From Luteolibacter sp. (GTDB lineage: Bacteria > Verrucomicrobiota > Verrucomicrobiia > Verrucomicrobiales > Akkermansiaceae), in contig JBDTNJ010000392.1 in assembly GCA_039933825.1 (NCBI GenBank), positions 1 through 57,448 on the forward strand: a DNA stretch of 57,448 bases, in the 5' to 3' direction. This document shows, one piece after another, positions 8,863 to 19,621 of this stretch. Both the position numbers and the translations under genes were made by a program. Position 1 is the stretch's first letter, and each line of letters opens with the position of its first letter. The notes beneath the pieces are model-generated. The model was not told where the DNA came from and ran no database searches. It saw nothing but the letters and a program-made list of their open reading frames with translations.

Positions 8863-11628
8863 TCAGACTTCGAAGGCTTGGACGAGCAGCGCCTTCTGTT
8901 CGCGATAGTGCATCGCCTTGGAACCGGCGGCCGGGCTGGAGGCGGTGCCGCGTCCGGCGTAGCGGATCTTGGAACCGACTGCACGTTCAAGGCGCGGGAA
9001 AATGTAGGACCAGGCGCCCATGTTGAGCGGTTCCTCCTGACACCAAACGAAGTTCGAAGCGTTGTGATATTGGCTGATGATGGCCTCGACCATTTCGCGA
9101 TGAAACGGGTAGAGCTGCTCAATGCGGATGATGGCGGTATTTTCAATGCCTGTTTCCTGGCGGTGTGCCATCAGGTCGTAATAGACTTTGCCACTGCAGA
9201 AGATCAGACGGCTGACATCCGCTGGGTTGCTGAAAATTTTCGTATCCGGAAGGATTTCCTGGAAACAGGTGCCTTCGAGAAAGTCGTAATCATGGGATAC
9301 GGCTTCCGGGCGGCCTAGCAGGCTCTTGGGCGTCATGATGACGAGCGGCTTGCGGAAATCCCGGTGCTTCTGGCGGCGGAGCGCGTGGAAATACTGTGCC
9401 GGCGTGGAGAAGTTTCCGACGATCATGTTTTTCTCGGCACAAAGCTGGAGGAATCGCTCAAGGCGGGCGCTCGAATGCTCCGGTCCCATGCCCTCGTATC
9501 CATGAGGCAGCAGCATGACGAGATCGCTGGGAGTCTGCCACTTGGACTCGGCGGAGGAGATGAACTGATCGATGATGACCTGAGCACCATTAGAGAAATC
9601 ACCGAACTGCGCCTCCCACAAGGTGAGCATGCTCGGATAGGAAAGCGAGTAACCGTAGTCGAAGCCCAATACTGCAAACTCGGAGAGGAAAGAGTTGTGC
9701 ACACAGAATTTCGCCTGATTCGGATCAAGGTGTTCCAGCGGAATGTAGCGCTCGCGGTTTTCGTAGTCGTAGAAGACGGCGTGGCGTTGAGAGAAGGTGC
9801 CTCGGCGGCAGTCTTGGCCAGACAGGCGGACGGGAGTATTTTCCAGGAGCAACGTGCCGAACGCGAGTGCTTCCGCGAACCCCCAATCAATCGGGCCGGC
9901 ATGTGCGAGCGATTCAACCCGGCGGGGTAGGAAGCGTTTTTCCAAAGTCGGATTTAAATGAAAACCCTCTGGAACAGTCGTTAGGACCTTGCCGATGTGT
10001 TGGAGCTTCTCCTGATCGATGCCGGTTGGGACGGGCGCATGGGAATAAAGAGGTTGCACAACGCCGGTCGATCCACTGAAAGCGGTGCGATCACCGGCCT
10101 CCTGAAGCTTCAGCATTTTCTGATAACCTTCTTCAAACTTGTCCCAGATCGCCTGGTCGAGCGCATCCGCATCCGCTTGGGAAATAATGCCCTGCTCGAG
10201 CAACTGGCGTTTGTAGATCTTGCCGAAGGGAGTCCGTTGGGCGATTTGTTTCGCGATGATCGGCTGGGTGAACGCCGCCTGGTCCGCCTCGTTGTGGCCT
10301 TGGCGACGGTAACAATACATGTCCAGCACGATGTCCCGACCGAATTTCTGACGGAACTCAAGTGCGAAAAGGGAAGCCCAATAGAGTTCCATCGGCTCCT
10401 CACCATTCACATGAAGAATCGGTGCCTCGACCATTTTCGCAACATCCGTTGCGTAAGCGGACGAGCGCGCATCGGCGGGCGATGTGGTGAAGCCTATCTG
10501 ATTATTGATGATGAGATGGATCGTGCCGCCCGTGCGGTAGCCTTTAAGCTGGGAGAGGTTGAGAACCTCCGCCACAGAGCCCTGGCCGGCAAACGCGGCA
10601 TCGCCGTGAAGCAGGATCGGCAGAACGCAGCAGCGGTCGATTTCGCCGCCTGATCCTTCGTTGAGAACGCGCTGGCGTGCGCGTGCCTTTCCTTCGACGA
10701 TCGAATTGACCGCTTCCAAATGGCTGGGGTTGGCCGCCAGACTGACGCGGACTTTTCCACCGGACACTTCGCGAATGCTTTCGTAGCCGAGATGATACTT
10801 CACATCGCCATCGCCCGCGACGAGATCCGGCTCGTAGTTCGGCGTGAACTCGTAAAGCAACGTGGTGATAGATTTCCTAACAAAGTTTGCAAGGATATTC
10901 AAACGCCCGCGGTGGGACATGCCCATTTCAATCTCCTTCACGCCTTGGGAAGGGCAGGCTTCGAGAATGGCGTTGAGAATGATCATCGCGCCTTCGCCGC
11001 CTTCGTTGGAGAAGCGCTTTTCACCGAGGAAGCGCTTGCCGAGGAAATTTTCAAACGCTTCCGCCTCCAGCACCCAGCAGAGCGAGTTGAGTTTCTTCGC
11101 AGGAGTTTCATCCATCCGCAGTGCATGCATCTCGATCCGTTCGCGCACCCAGTGGCGAACGGTCGTGTTGTTGATGTGCATGAACTCGAAGCCAATTTTC
11201 CCAGAGTATGTCGCCTCCAGGCCGGCCACCATATCGCGCAGTTTCATCTTATCGCCGTGGCGGAAAAACGAATTGTAAACCTCGCGATCCAGATCGGACG
11301 TTTTCAGTCCGAACTGCTCGATATTAAGGCGGGGGTTGCGCTCGGGGCTTTCCTCCAACGGATTGATATGTGCCTGAGTGTGCCCCAAAGTCCGGTAGTT
11401 ATAAATCAAACTCGTGACCCGTCCGTAAAAGGCGGTATCCACATCGGTTGACGGGCCGGCGGAAGTGGCCCCTGCCTCCTCCTTGCGCTTCAACTGGGCC
11501 GATCCTAACTCGAATCCTTCAAAAAACGCCGCCCATGTTGCTTCGACCGCTTGAGGATTTTCGCACCACTGTGCGTATTTTGCTTCCAACAAATCTGCGT
11601 TCTGTCGCACCGAAACCGAGGAGTTCAT
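8863..11628 (-). CDS. sucA: 2-oxoglutarate dehydrogenase E1
   Basis: GDVKYHLG, NPSHLE, HGDAAFAGQG, WEAQFGDF, GPEHSSARLERFLQL. Confidence 0.97.
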   Translation of the reverse strand: MNSSVSVRQNADLLEAKYAQWCENPQAVEATWAAFFEGFELGSAQLKRKEEAGATSAGPSTDVDTAFYGRVTSLIYNYRTLGHTQAHINPLEESPERNPRLNIEQFGLKTSDLDREVYNSFFRHGDKMKLRDMVAGLEATYSGKIGFEFMHINNTTVRHWVRERIEMHALRMDETPAKKLNSLCWVLEAEAFENFLGKRFLGEKRFSNEGGEGAMIILNAILEACPSQGVKEIEMGMSHRGRLNILANFVRKSITTLLYEFTPNYEPDLVAGDGDVKYHLGYESIREVSGGKVRVSLAANPSHLEAVNSIVEGKARARQRVLNEGSGGEIDRCCVLPILLHGDAAFAGQGSVAEVLNLSQLKGYRTGGTIHLIINNQIGFTTSPADARSSAYATDVAKMVEAPILHVNGEEPMELYWASLFALEFRQKFGRDIVLDMYCYRRQGHNEADQAAFTQPIIAKQIAQRTPFGKIYKRQLLEQGIISQADADALDQAIWDKFEEGYQKMLKLQEAGDRTAFSGSTGVVQPLYSHAPVPTGIDQEKLQHIGKVLTTVPEGFHLNPTLEKRFLPRRVESLAHAGPIDWGFAEALAFGTLLLENTPVRLSGQDCRRGTFSQRHAVFYDYENRERYIPLEHLDPNQAKFCVHNSFLSEFAVLGFDYGYSLSYPSMLTLWEAQFGDFSNGAQVIIDQFISSAESKWQTPSDLVMLLPHGYEGMGPEHSSARLERFLQLCAEKNMIVGNFSTPAQYFHALRRQKHRDFRKPLVIMTPKSLLGRPEAVSHDYDFLEGTCFQEILPDTKIFSNPADVSRLIFCSGKVYYDLMAHRQETGIENTAIIRIEQLYPFHREMVEAIISQYHNASNFVWCQEEPLNMGAWSYIFPRLERAVGSKIRYAGRGTASSPAAGSKAMHYREQKALLVQAFEV

Positions 11629-11693
11629 GAGAAATGGGTGAAATTATGAAGCGAGCCAACGAATTTACCGCTTGGCCCGCCACGCACGGCGAT

Positions 11694-11722
11694 TCATTAA
11701 AGGGCACACACCGCCGCGTCAA
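11694..11722 (-). promoter_or_regulatory. Candidate sigma70 promoter for sucAB
   Basis: Minus strand TTGACG-17 nt-TAATGA upstream of sucA. Confidence 0.45.
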
Positions 11723-11767
11723 CCGTACAAGCGGGAAATTCACTCATATCCAAAGGTCCGGAGAATC

Positions 11768-12700
11768 ATGATCGAAGTCAATCACCTTACTAAACGCTAT
11801 GCCCGTCACGAAGCGGTCCGTGATATTTCCTTTGCCGTGGCACGCGGTGAGATTGTCGGATTTCTCGGCCCCAACGGTGCGGGAAAAACCACCACCTTAC
11901 GCATGCTCACGGGTTACCTCCCGCCTACCGCAGGCACCGCGAGTATCGCCGGATTCGACATCTTCCGCCAATCCATCGAGGCTCGGCGTAAAATCGGCTA
12001 CATGCCGGAAAACGTCCCACTCTATGACGACATGCGCGTCCGCGAGTATTTGAAATTTCGCGCCCAGCTCAAAGGACTGGGCGGCAGCGACACCCACCGC
12101 CGCGTGGGCGAAGTCATTGAAACCTGTGGCCTCGGCAATGTCCGGCGGAAGATGATCCGCACGCTCTCGAAAGGCTACCGCCAGCGCGTCGGCCTCGCGG
12201 ATGCCCTAGTCCACGATCCAGAGCTGCTGATTCTCGACGAGCCGACCAACGGCCTCGACCCCAACCAGATCCGGCAAATCCGCGAACTGATTCGCCAGCT
12301 AGGCCAATCCCACACCGTCCTCATTTCCACCCACATCCTCCACGAGGTGGAAATGACCTGCAACCGCGTCATCATCATCGACGGCGGACAAATCAAGGCT
12401 GCCGACACCCCTGCCAATCTCGTCGGTCAAATGCGAGCCGCGGGCCGCATTCATGTGGAAATCAACGCCGACCCCGAAGTCGTCGGAGCCGCCATTAACC
12501 GCCTCGATAAAGTGAAAAAAGTCACCCCGGAAAAACTCGACGGCACCTGGACCCGCTACACCGTCTGGGTGGATTCCGGCACCGACTCCCGCGAACGCAT
12601 CAGTCAGCTAGCAGCCCAAAACGGCTGGCCCCTCCGCTCGCTCTTCCGCCATGTAGCGACGCTGGAAGATGTCTTCGTGGAGCTAACGCGGAAGGATTGA
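11768..12700 (+). CDS. ABC-2 type transporter ATP-binding protein (GldA-like)
   Basis: GPNGAGKTT, LSKGYRQR, LILDEPTNGLDP; start taken at MIEVNHL. Confidence 0.92.
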   Translation: MIEVNHLTKRYARHEAVRDISFAVARGEIVGFLGPNGAGKTTTLRMLTGYLPPTAGTASIAGFDIFRQSIEARRKIGYMPENVPLYDDMRVREYLKFRAQLKGLGGSDTHRRVGEVIETCGLGNVRRKMIRTLSKGYRQRVGLADALVHDPELLILDEPTNGLDPNQIRQIRELIRQLGQSHTVLISTHILHEVEMTCNRVIIIDGGQIKAADTPANLVGQMRAAGRIHVEINADPEVVGAAINRLDKVKKVTPEKLDGTWTRYTVWVDSGTDSRERISQLAAQNGWPLRSLFRHVATLEDVFVELTRKD

Positions 12701-12788
12701 GAAACCTAACAGAATTTTAATTCCATTGATTGCCGTTGGGCGGATGCGGTCATTTCACTTTACAACACGATGCGCGTGTTAGCATTCG

Positions 12789-14792
12789 TTAAGATGAATG
12801 ACCGGATCCGATCACGGAGCGGGCTTTTTCATTTTTCTCCAACAACATCGCAATCACCCCGAAGGCGAGGATCAAGAGAATGAACGCATAAAAGTAGTCG
12901 AGCGTGTCCTTACCTGCCGTGAAGCCATAGTTGTGAAGTCCCACGCCTAGGAAATTCACCCCCCACCACGAGAAAGTCACGACGATGGCGGTAAAGACAG
13001 CGGCAAAGTGCAATCCCCACTCCTTGATGTAACCACCGAGACGGGCGTGGAGGATGGCGAGCGTCCAGAGCACGATGAGTAGCGCGCCGTTTTCCTTCGG
13101 GTCCCAACCCCAGAAACGGCCCCATGAGTAGTTCGCCCAGATGCCGCCTAACACAGTCCCGACCAGCGCAAGGAACAGCGTGAGACAGAGCATCCCGTAT
13201 ACGGCGCGCGTCAACGCGCGGCGGAGTTCTTTATCGCCACCGTCGAGGCGGAGTCCCCGCAACAGCAGATAACCGCATGAGAGGAACGCACTGAGCAGAC
13301 CCGCCGAGTAGCCGAGTGTGATGGTGATGACGTGAATAGTCAGCCAAAAGTTGGAATTCAAAACAGCGACAAGCGGATCCATGTGATCCTTCGCATCGCC
13401 GAGCTCGAATCGGCGGCTGAGAATCACCAACAACACACCAAGAATTGGCGCGATGCCAAGAGCGAAACGGCGGCGGGTCATCAGCTCGACGAGCAAGGAA
13501 ATCAACGTCACTGCCGTAGCGATAAAGATCGTGGTATCGTATAGGTTTCCGATAGGCGGCCGCTCCATAATCATGCAACGCGTGGCGATCGCGGTGATGC
13601 AGTAGCCCAAGCCCAGAACGGTAGGAACCAGCGTCGTCCAAGCGAACAGTGTTCCAAGCCGGGTTCCGCCAAGCGCCCACATCGCCAGCGCTGATAGCGT
13701 CCCGATGAGGAAATAGATCATCGCATAAAGAAACCAGTTTTTTCGATAGTATCCCGCTTCCTGAACGATATGCTTGTACTCGCCACGAGCTTCCGCGCGT
13801 TTGGCGAACGTATCGCGGAGGATGGTGAGCTCCCCGCGGAAAGTCGCTTCATCTTTGCCGATCGCGCGGGCGGCGGATTCCATCAGTTTGATATCGGCGA
13901 TGGCGAGGTCGGATTCTTTGCTCGCGGCGCTCATCACATCCATGATGGCATTTCCAGCACTCTGCCATGTCAGGTTTTTCGCATCAGCAGGGGGCAGCAT
14001 GAAGAGTCCGAATTTCGAAAAATTCGCCGCATCGAGCACTTGTTCGAGCAGTCCTTGGATACGTGGTTCGAGTTGTTTTCCCTCGCCCCGGGTTTGCTCG
14101 ATTTGCTGGCGGATCTGCGGCGATGTCTGCATCACTGCGCTGAGGTCCGCGCGTTGGTCGGGTGTCGCGCCACTGCCGCTGCCGACGAGTGTGACTCCGA
14201 AGCGGGCGAAACCGAAATAACCTAGCAGACTCTCATAACTGCGGAGATTGAAGGCTAGATCGACGATTTGATTCTGCACGGGCTCGCGCTTCTTGGCATC
14301 GGTCGCTTCATAAGATTTCGCGAGTTCCATGAGCTTTTCACGTCCGGGCTCAAGATCGGAGTAGCTGTAGCGGTCGCGCTTGCCGCGGGGTTTCACCCCG
14401 ATGGCATCGAGCGCGGCGGAGTTATCGACGCGGAATGTTGGCTGTTGTATGGAGAGTTGCGGTCGGAATAGGGCATCCAGCATCCAAGCCATCGGCTTGA
14501 GCTTGATGGTTTTTCCATCCTTGCCTTCGATGTCCATCGAGCGTGCGCCATGGAATCCTAACATCGAAAACCCGGCATAGGTGGAAAGCGGCTTGATGCG
14601 ACCGCCGTTCTGGATCGGGATGGTTTCCGCGATCTCGATGGTTTCCGGTGTCCACGGCGTATAGTCCGCAATTTTCCGGATCTCGCCCTTCGGCATGTTA
14701 TCAGCGACCACGTTGTATAAAACCGCAGCGAGGCCGGCGATGATGAGGACAGCAGCGATCCAGCGGCCTGTTTTGTTAGTTAAACTTTGCAT
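12789..14792 (-). CDS. ccsA: Cytochrome c biogenesis protein CcsA/ResC (system II)
   Basis: WWD domain WANYSWGRFWGWDPKE; WLTIH and GLHNY His ligands. Confidence 0.92.
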   Translation of the reverse strand: MQSLTNKTGRWIAAVLIIAGLAAVLYNVVADNMPKGEIRKIADYTPWTPETIEIAETIPIQNGGRIKPLSTYAGFSMLGFHGARSMDIEGKDGKTIKLKPMAWMLDALFRPQLSIQQPTFRVDNSAALDAIGVKPRGKRDRYSYSDLEPGREKLMELAKSYEATDAKKREPVQNQIVDLAFNLRSYESLLGYFGFARFGVTLVGSGSGATPDQRADLSAVMQTSPQIRQQIEQTRGEGKQLEPRIQGLLEQVLDAANFSKFGLFMLPPADAKNLTWQSAGNAIMDVMSAASKESDLAIADIKLMESAARAIGKDEATFRGELTILRDTFAKRAEARGEYKHIVQEAGYYRKNWFLYAMIYFLIGTLSALAMWALGGTRLGTLFAWTTLVPTVLGLGYCITAIATRCMIMERPPIGNLYDTTIFIATAVTLISLLVELMTRRRFALGIAPILGVLLVILSRRFELGDAKDHMDPLVAVLNSNFWLTIHVITITLGYSAGLLSAFLSCGYLLLRGLRLDGGDKELRRALTRAVYGMLCLTLFLALVGTVLGGIWANYSWGRFWGWDPKENGALLIVLWTLAILHARLGGYIKEWGLHFAAVFTAIVVTFSWWGVNFLGVGLHNYGFTAGKDTLDYFYAFILLILAFGVIAMLLEKNEKARSVIGSGHSS

Positions 14793-16005
14793 GGCGGTTT
14801 TTGCGGGATGAGGCGGCGAGGAAAGTTACCAGTTTTGTGACGAAAGTTACCGCCAATCCAAATGCTACGATGTATAGACTGTATTCCGGCCACTTGTCCG
14901 CGGGGTTTCTGACCACTTCAAATACGGAATACATCTTCTGCCCCGGACCGGCACCGGGCGGGCCGTAACTGGCTTGGAAAAACGTGAGGCCTTCGTATCG
15001 CATCGGCTCGTTCATCTGGATGGTGACTTTTGCCTCGCTGCCGTTTTCGACCCGGGTAATTTCACTGACGAACTTGGACGGCTTCATGGTGCCGGGGTGG
15101 AACTCGGCGGTGAACTTATCGAGTTTCAAGGTAAAAGGCATCGGCCACAGGCGTTTGCGCATGTCCACGGTGAAAATATGGTCTTCGATACGGATGGAAA
15201 ACGGATGGAAACTCGCGCCAGCGAGGATGAAAGGAGCGCCTTTTTTCCCATCGCGGAATAGAACCCGGGCGTAACAACCGGCGGTGTTAGCCTCGGCACT
15301 TGCCTGGGCAGGCTTATCCATCAGGTAGTAGCCATCCGCTTGCTGCTGGCCGTCCGGCGCACGCTCGGTGATGCCTACGGGTTGCACGTTATCCATGTAA
15401 CCGCCGATTTCGAGATCAAAGGGCAGCTTGGGAAACCGGAATGCGCGCGTTTTGCCATCCCTCAGGTCATCGATGTCGTTGCCCCGGATCACGTGGGTGA
15501 TACCTGCTTTGGCATCCTTGATTTCGGAAACCTCGACCACATATTCAAAATAATCCTCCGCCGTATTGCTCGACTCGCCTTCGCCGACGGCCATGTTTCC
15601 CCGCTCGGAAAAATGCTGCGACACGCCAGCGCCGATGAGCATGAAAATAATGCCGAGGTGGGAGATGAGATTGCCTGCATGTTTCCAGCCTTTCCTGATA
15701 CGGATGACGCCACCGAGGATGAGGTTGACCAGCAAAAGCGCACCCACCCAGTAGCCGCTGAGCAAGGGGAGCGGGACCATTTTCCCTTTGATCTCCGGAA
15801 GTAGGAAAACGGATTTCCAATAGAAATACTTTTTCAGCGTGGGGTAGAGGCCGCTGTCGATTTGTTCCAGCGTGGCGAACCAAGTAAGGAGTCCGAGCAA
15901 CAAGAGCAGGATTGTGGCCAGCCCGAAGCCCGAGAGCAGATCGAAAATTTTCCCCAGGAGAGTCTTGGGGGCTTTGGGCAAGGGTAGCGAATTGGAAGTT
16001 TCCAT
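14776..16005 (-). CDS. Cytochrome c biogenesis protein ResB/CcsB-like; start 16005 or 16050
   Basis: N-terminal TMs, SHLG, MNEPMRYEGLTFFQAS; directly upstream of ccsA. Confidence 0.85.
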   Translation of the reverse strand: METSNSLPLPKAPKTLLGKIFDLLSGFGLATILLLLLGLLTWFATLEQIDSGLYPTLKKYFYWKSVFLLPEIKGKMVPLPLLSGYWVGALLLVNLILGGVIRIRKGWKHAGNLISHLGIIFMLIGAGVSQHFSERGNMAVGEGESSNTAEDYFEYVVEVSEIKDAKAGITHVIRGNDIDDLRDGKTRAFRFPKLPFDLEIGGYMDNVQPVGITERAPDGQQQADGYYLMDKPAQASAEANTAGCYARVLFRDGKKGAPFILAGASFHPFSIRIEDHIFTVDMRKRLWPMPFTLKLDKFTAEFHPGTMKPSKFVSEITRVENGSEAKVTIQMNEPMRYEGLTFFQASYGPPGAGPGQKMYSVFEVVRNPADKWPEYSLYIVAFGLAVTFVTKLVTFLAASSRKNRHAKFN

Positions 16006-16046
16006 AGTCAAATCATCGGGGCGCGTTACGGGGTGCGACGAGGGAT

Positions 16047-16634
16047 TCATTCAGCCATGCGAAGGCTTCTGGCGAAGATTTCGAGCACCGGCTTGGCGGC
16101 ATCGACCTCGTTCTTCGGCCCGACCATTTTCAGGGTGAGGATTTGGCCATTGATCGAAGAGACGATGCCTGCCAAGGCGAAACCTGACTTCGGAGGAGCA
16201 CCCATGCCGCCCGCGTAGTCACCTGCGCTCTCCACCCATTTTCCAGTGCTGCCCGCGATCACGGCGAACGGAAGTTTCTCCAAGGCGGTAGCATCCAGCT
16301 TCGTCGCTCCAAACTGCCCGAGCCAGCGGTTCACGTTGTCCAGCACGCTGCCGTTGGCGAGGGAAACCCAAACTTCACCCTGGCCGCTATCGCCAAAACG
16401 GTAATTCAGCAGTCGGAATTGCGAAGCAGGCAGCGCCAACCAACCGTCCGGTGTATCGCCTTTGACAGGGCTGGGTTTCGCATCGCGGAAACGTTCGTCA
16501 CTGGTGGCGAAGAGCTTCGGCGAGGCGTCCCGGCTGGTGGCTTCCCGCGTCTCGGTCACGACAATTTCTTTTTTCTCCTGACACGCGGAAAAAATCGCAG
16601 CACTGGCAATCAAACATGCGACCCGGCTTTTCAT
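16047..16634 (-). CDS. Lipoprotein of unknown function, first gene of the ccs operon
   Basis: MKSRVACLIASAAIFSAC lipobox; NVNRWLGQ motif; operon position. Confidence 0.75.
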   Translation of the reverse strand: MKSRVACLIASAAIFSACQEKKEIVVTETREATSRDASPKLFATSDERFRDAKPSPVKGDTPDGWLALPASQFRLLNYRFGDSGQGEVWVSLANGSVLDNVNRWLGQFGATKLDATALEKLPFAVIAGSTGKWVESAGDYAGGMGAPPKSGFALAGIVSSINGQILTLKMVGPKNEVDAAKPVLEIFARSLRMAE

Positions 16635-16748
16635 ACCAGCGGCAGTAACGCCGCCCCCTCCCCCGCGCAAGTGGAAACGGGAAAGCCACGCCACATCAAG
16701 AGCACCAGACTGGCTACCGCTTGTTTGAGGCAGTTTATTTCCGAACAG

Positions 16749-17303
16749 TCAGCGCAGCCCTGCGGCAATATCCGCAGCGAGCCGGGCTAACAAGCGCGAT
16801 TCCGCCGCGACCATCGGACCGTAGCCACTCGACTCCAGAGGCTCACGATCGGTGAAAGTCTTCGATGCCTTGAGCCGCTTGTCGGGAAACGAGTAAACGC
16901 GCCAGCCAGCCTCGATCACCGCATAGCCATCCTCACCGCTGTGAAGCTGGCGGATGTCCAGAGTGACTTGATAGCTGATTTCGTCGTCATGTTGCCATGG
17001 GTAGACCCGCACATTTCCCGACTTCATCCGGCGCCCCAGGTTCGCCGCCATCACTCGTGAGATGCCTTGTGAAAGATCACCCGCCCAGCGATGGCTTTCC
17101 GCCACGCCGAGTTGGTTCACGGTTTGCTGGACGACAAGATTCGGACGATCGATATATTCCGCCAAAGCCACTGGCCCCACACCGATCCCGACGCCTCCAC
17201 CGGAAGGTGCCGGGCCTTCGGGAGTGAGGATATAGTAGGTCTTGTCGGGCTGCGAACAACCAACAAGCAAAAGCACGCTGAAGAAAATGAGAAGGCGGTT
17301 CAT
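16749..17303 (-). CDS. pqiC: PqiC-family lipoprotein
   Basis: LVGC lipobox, YYIL, GVGPVALAEYIDRP, HRWA; follows pqiB. Confidence 0.88.
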   Translation of the reverse strand: MNRLLIFFSVLLLVGCSQPDKTYYILTPEGPAPSGGGVGIGVGPVALAEYIDRPNLVVQQTVNQLGVAESHRWAGDLSQGISRVMAANLGRRMKSGNVRVYPWQHDDEISYQVTLDIRQLHSGEDGYAVIEAGWRVYSFPDKRLKASKTFTDREPLESSGYGPMVAAESRLLARLAADIAAGLR

Positions 17304-17318
17304 CGGAAGTTGAGGATG

Positions 17319-18971
17319 TTAGCGTTTGCCGGATGGGGCTTTGGGAATTGGATTTCCAGAAGAATCACGGCCGAAAAGCAGCGAGTTCGGCTTTTCATCC
17401 ACCGTGGTGGATACTGCTTTTAATGCACGAAGGGCCGCCCGAAGCTCTTCCAAGGTGCGGAGCATGTCTCCCTGAATGGGCCCCTCAGGACCGTAGCTGG
17501 AGATCGATTTATCAAGTTTCGCCAAAGACTCGCGTAGATCGGCAGGCAGTTTTCGAAACTCCGGGTCGTCCAGTGTTTTTCTCCCGGCGGCGACGGTTTG
17601 CTTGAGTTCCACCATAGTTTGAGTGGCTTCATCCGCCGCAGCGGCGAATTTTTTCATCGTATCGTCGAGAGGCAAGGCTTGGACCTTGTCGAGAATCGCA
17701 GTTACTTTCGCTTCAAGTTGGGCGAGGCCGGATGACACGGTAGGCAGGGTTTTCAGATCGCCTGTCATCGCGATCTCGGCGGGGGCCGCTTCCTTGTAGT
17801 AATCGAGATCCACAAAGAGCGCCCCCGTGAGGAGATTTCCCGCTTTCAACGCCGCCCTGAGACCTTGTTTCACGGAGGATTTGAGAAACTCGGAATCGGG
17901 ATTCAACACCTTGTCGGCGGTTTCCCTTCTGAGCAGCGAAGGATCGATTTCTATCAAAACAGGAATTCGTGAATCATCGGACTGTTTCAGATAATCGAGC
18001 GAAATATCCGCCACTCTGCCGATGACGATGCCCCGGAATTCCACAGGTGCGGAGCGCGACAGACCCCGCACTGATTGCTCGAACAGCAACAGGAATTTCA
18101 TGGTCGGATTAAAGGTCGATCCATTCGCCGCATCTTCATCGGCGAACAGGGTGAAGGTCATTCCATCGGCAGCGGGTTTCCCTGCTTGCAATCCTTCCGG
18201 CACGCCGAAAGTCGCGCCACCAGAGACCATGGCTTGGAGTGATGGCGTGCGTATTTTGAATCCATCAGCCCCGGCACTGATGTCGATGCCGCTGGTATTC
18301 CAGAAGCGCGTATTTTCCTTCACCAGCATGCTGAATTCCTCACGGATGAAGGCATCATAGGTGACCGTCCTCCCATCAGCATCGAGCTCGCGTTTTTCAA
18401 CACGCCCAACATCGAGCCCCCGATAATAGATCGGTGAACCTGCCACTAAAGAGCCCGCTTCACTAGCCGTTAGGACGAGCCGACGCCCTGGGATGTTCCG
18501 ATTGGTTGGAAGCGGCGTTTCCAGCCCCATGAAATCATTGATGATACCCCCTTCGAGTGGCCCCGGATCCAGCTCGATATATGCCCCTGTCAGCAGCGTC
18601 CCCAAACCCGAAACATCCGTGGTTGAAACACGCGGCCGCACCACCCAGAAATGCGTGCCATTTCGCAAAAGCCCTTCCGAATCGGGATCCAACTCCAAGG
18701 TGACCAGCACGGATTTCAAATCATCGGTGAGTTTCACTTTCTTCACGATGCCTACTTTAACCGAGCGGCAACGCACATCGGTTTTCCCGGCAGCAATGCC
18801 ATCCGCCGTCTCGAATCCCACTCGTGCCACAGGACCCTTGGAACTGAAATTCCGATAAATCATCCAGGAACCGATCAGCAGCGCAATGATGGGAACGACC
18901 CAAACAATGTTCCAGCGCTGTGCCGCACGGAATTCCGGATCGACGGCGGGTGATAATTTCGGTTCGCTCAA
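17319..18971 (-). CDS. pqiB: PqiB intermembrane transport protein (three MlaD/MCE domains)
   Basis: WVVPIIA TM, FWVVRP, GLGTLLTGAYIEL, RFWN.SG, GL..SAPVEFRGI, PNSLLFG. Confidence 0.92.
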   Translation of the reverse strand: MSEPKLSPAVDPEFRAAQRWNIVWVVPIIALLIGSWMIYRNFSSKGPVARVGFETADGIAAGKTDVRCRSVKVGIVKKVKLTDDLKSVLVTLELDPDSEGLLRNGTHFWVVRPRVSTTDVSGLGTLLTGAYIELDPGPLEGGIINDFMGLETPLPTNRNIPGRRLVLTASEAGSLVAGSPIYYRGLDVGRVEKRELDADGRTVTYDAFIREEFSMLVKENTRFWNTSGIDISAGADGFKIRTPSLQAMVSGGATFGVPEGLQAGKPAADGMTFTLFADEDAANGSTFNPTMKFLLLFEQSVRGLSRSAPVEFRGIVIGRVADISLDYLKQSDDSRIPVLIEIDPSLLRRETADKVLNPDSEFLKSSVKQGLRAALKAGNLLTGALFVDLDYYKEAAPAEIAMTGDLKTLPTVSSGLAQLEAKVTAILDKVQALPLDDTMKKFAAAADEATQTMVELKQTVAAGRKTLDDPEFRKLPADLRESLAKLDKSISSYGPEGPIQGDMLRTLEELRAALRALKAVSTTVDEKPNSLLFGRDSSGNPIPKAPSGKR

Positions 18972-19621
18972 GAGTCTGATTTTTTTGAAGGTGATGATGA
19001 ATCCAGCCCGAGGATTTCGAGCCTATCCCAAAGAAGACGCGGGTCGAAGCTCATCGCTGCGAACATCGTAAGCACAACCACCCCTGCAAATGCAAGCGCT
19101 CCCGGCCCCGGCGTAATGGTCATGTAATTCCCCAACTGCACCAGCGCGACTAAAATCCCCACGACAAAAATATCGATCATCGACCAGCGCCCCAATAATT
19201 CAGTGAACCAGTAGAGCCTTCCCAGCATCGCAGGGGACGGGTGCAGCTTGCCGGATGCCGCCAGACACAGCCAACTCAGCGCCACAATTTTCAACAGCGG
19301 AATCATGATCGAGGCCGTAAAAATCACCAACGCGATCGGGTAAGCCCCTTGCCTCCAAAAACGGAGCATCCCAGCGGTAATGGTCGTGGCATCGACATCC
19401 CCAAGCTCCGTCACTGTCATCACAGGGAGAATATTCGCAGGGATGTACAATGCGGCGGCCGCCAGCATCAAGGCCATCGTCCGCTGGATGCTGTTGGATT
19501 TCCGGAAATGCAAGTGCGAGCCGCAGCGCGGGCAACGTCCGAGAACCACCCGAGAAACCTTTCCACAAGTGTGACAGCCCGCCAACCCCTGATGGATCGC
19601 CCGTGGGAGAGACTCACTCAT
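18968..19621 (-). CDS. pqiA: Paraquat-inducible protein A (second half-type)
   Basis: CHTC...CPRC, YIPANILPVM, GRWSMIDIFVV. Confidence 0.9.
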   Translation of the reverse strand: MSESLPRAIHQGLAGCHTCGKVSRVVLGRCPRCGSHLHFRKSNSIQRTMALMLAAAALYIPANILPVMTVTELGDVDATTITAGMLRFWRQGAYPIALVIFTASIMIPLLKIVALSWLCLAASGKLHPSPAMLGRLYWFTELLGRWSMIDIFVVGILVALVQLGNYMTITPGPGALAFAGVVVLTMFAAMSFDPRLLWDRLEILGLDSSSPSKKSDS

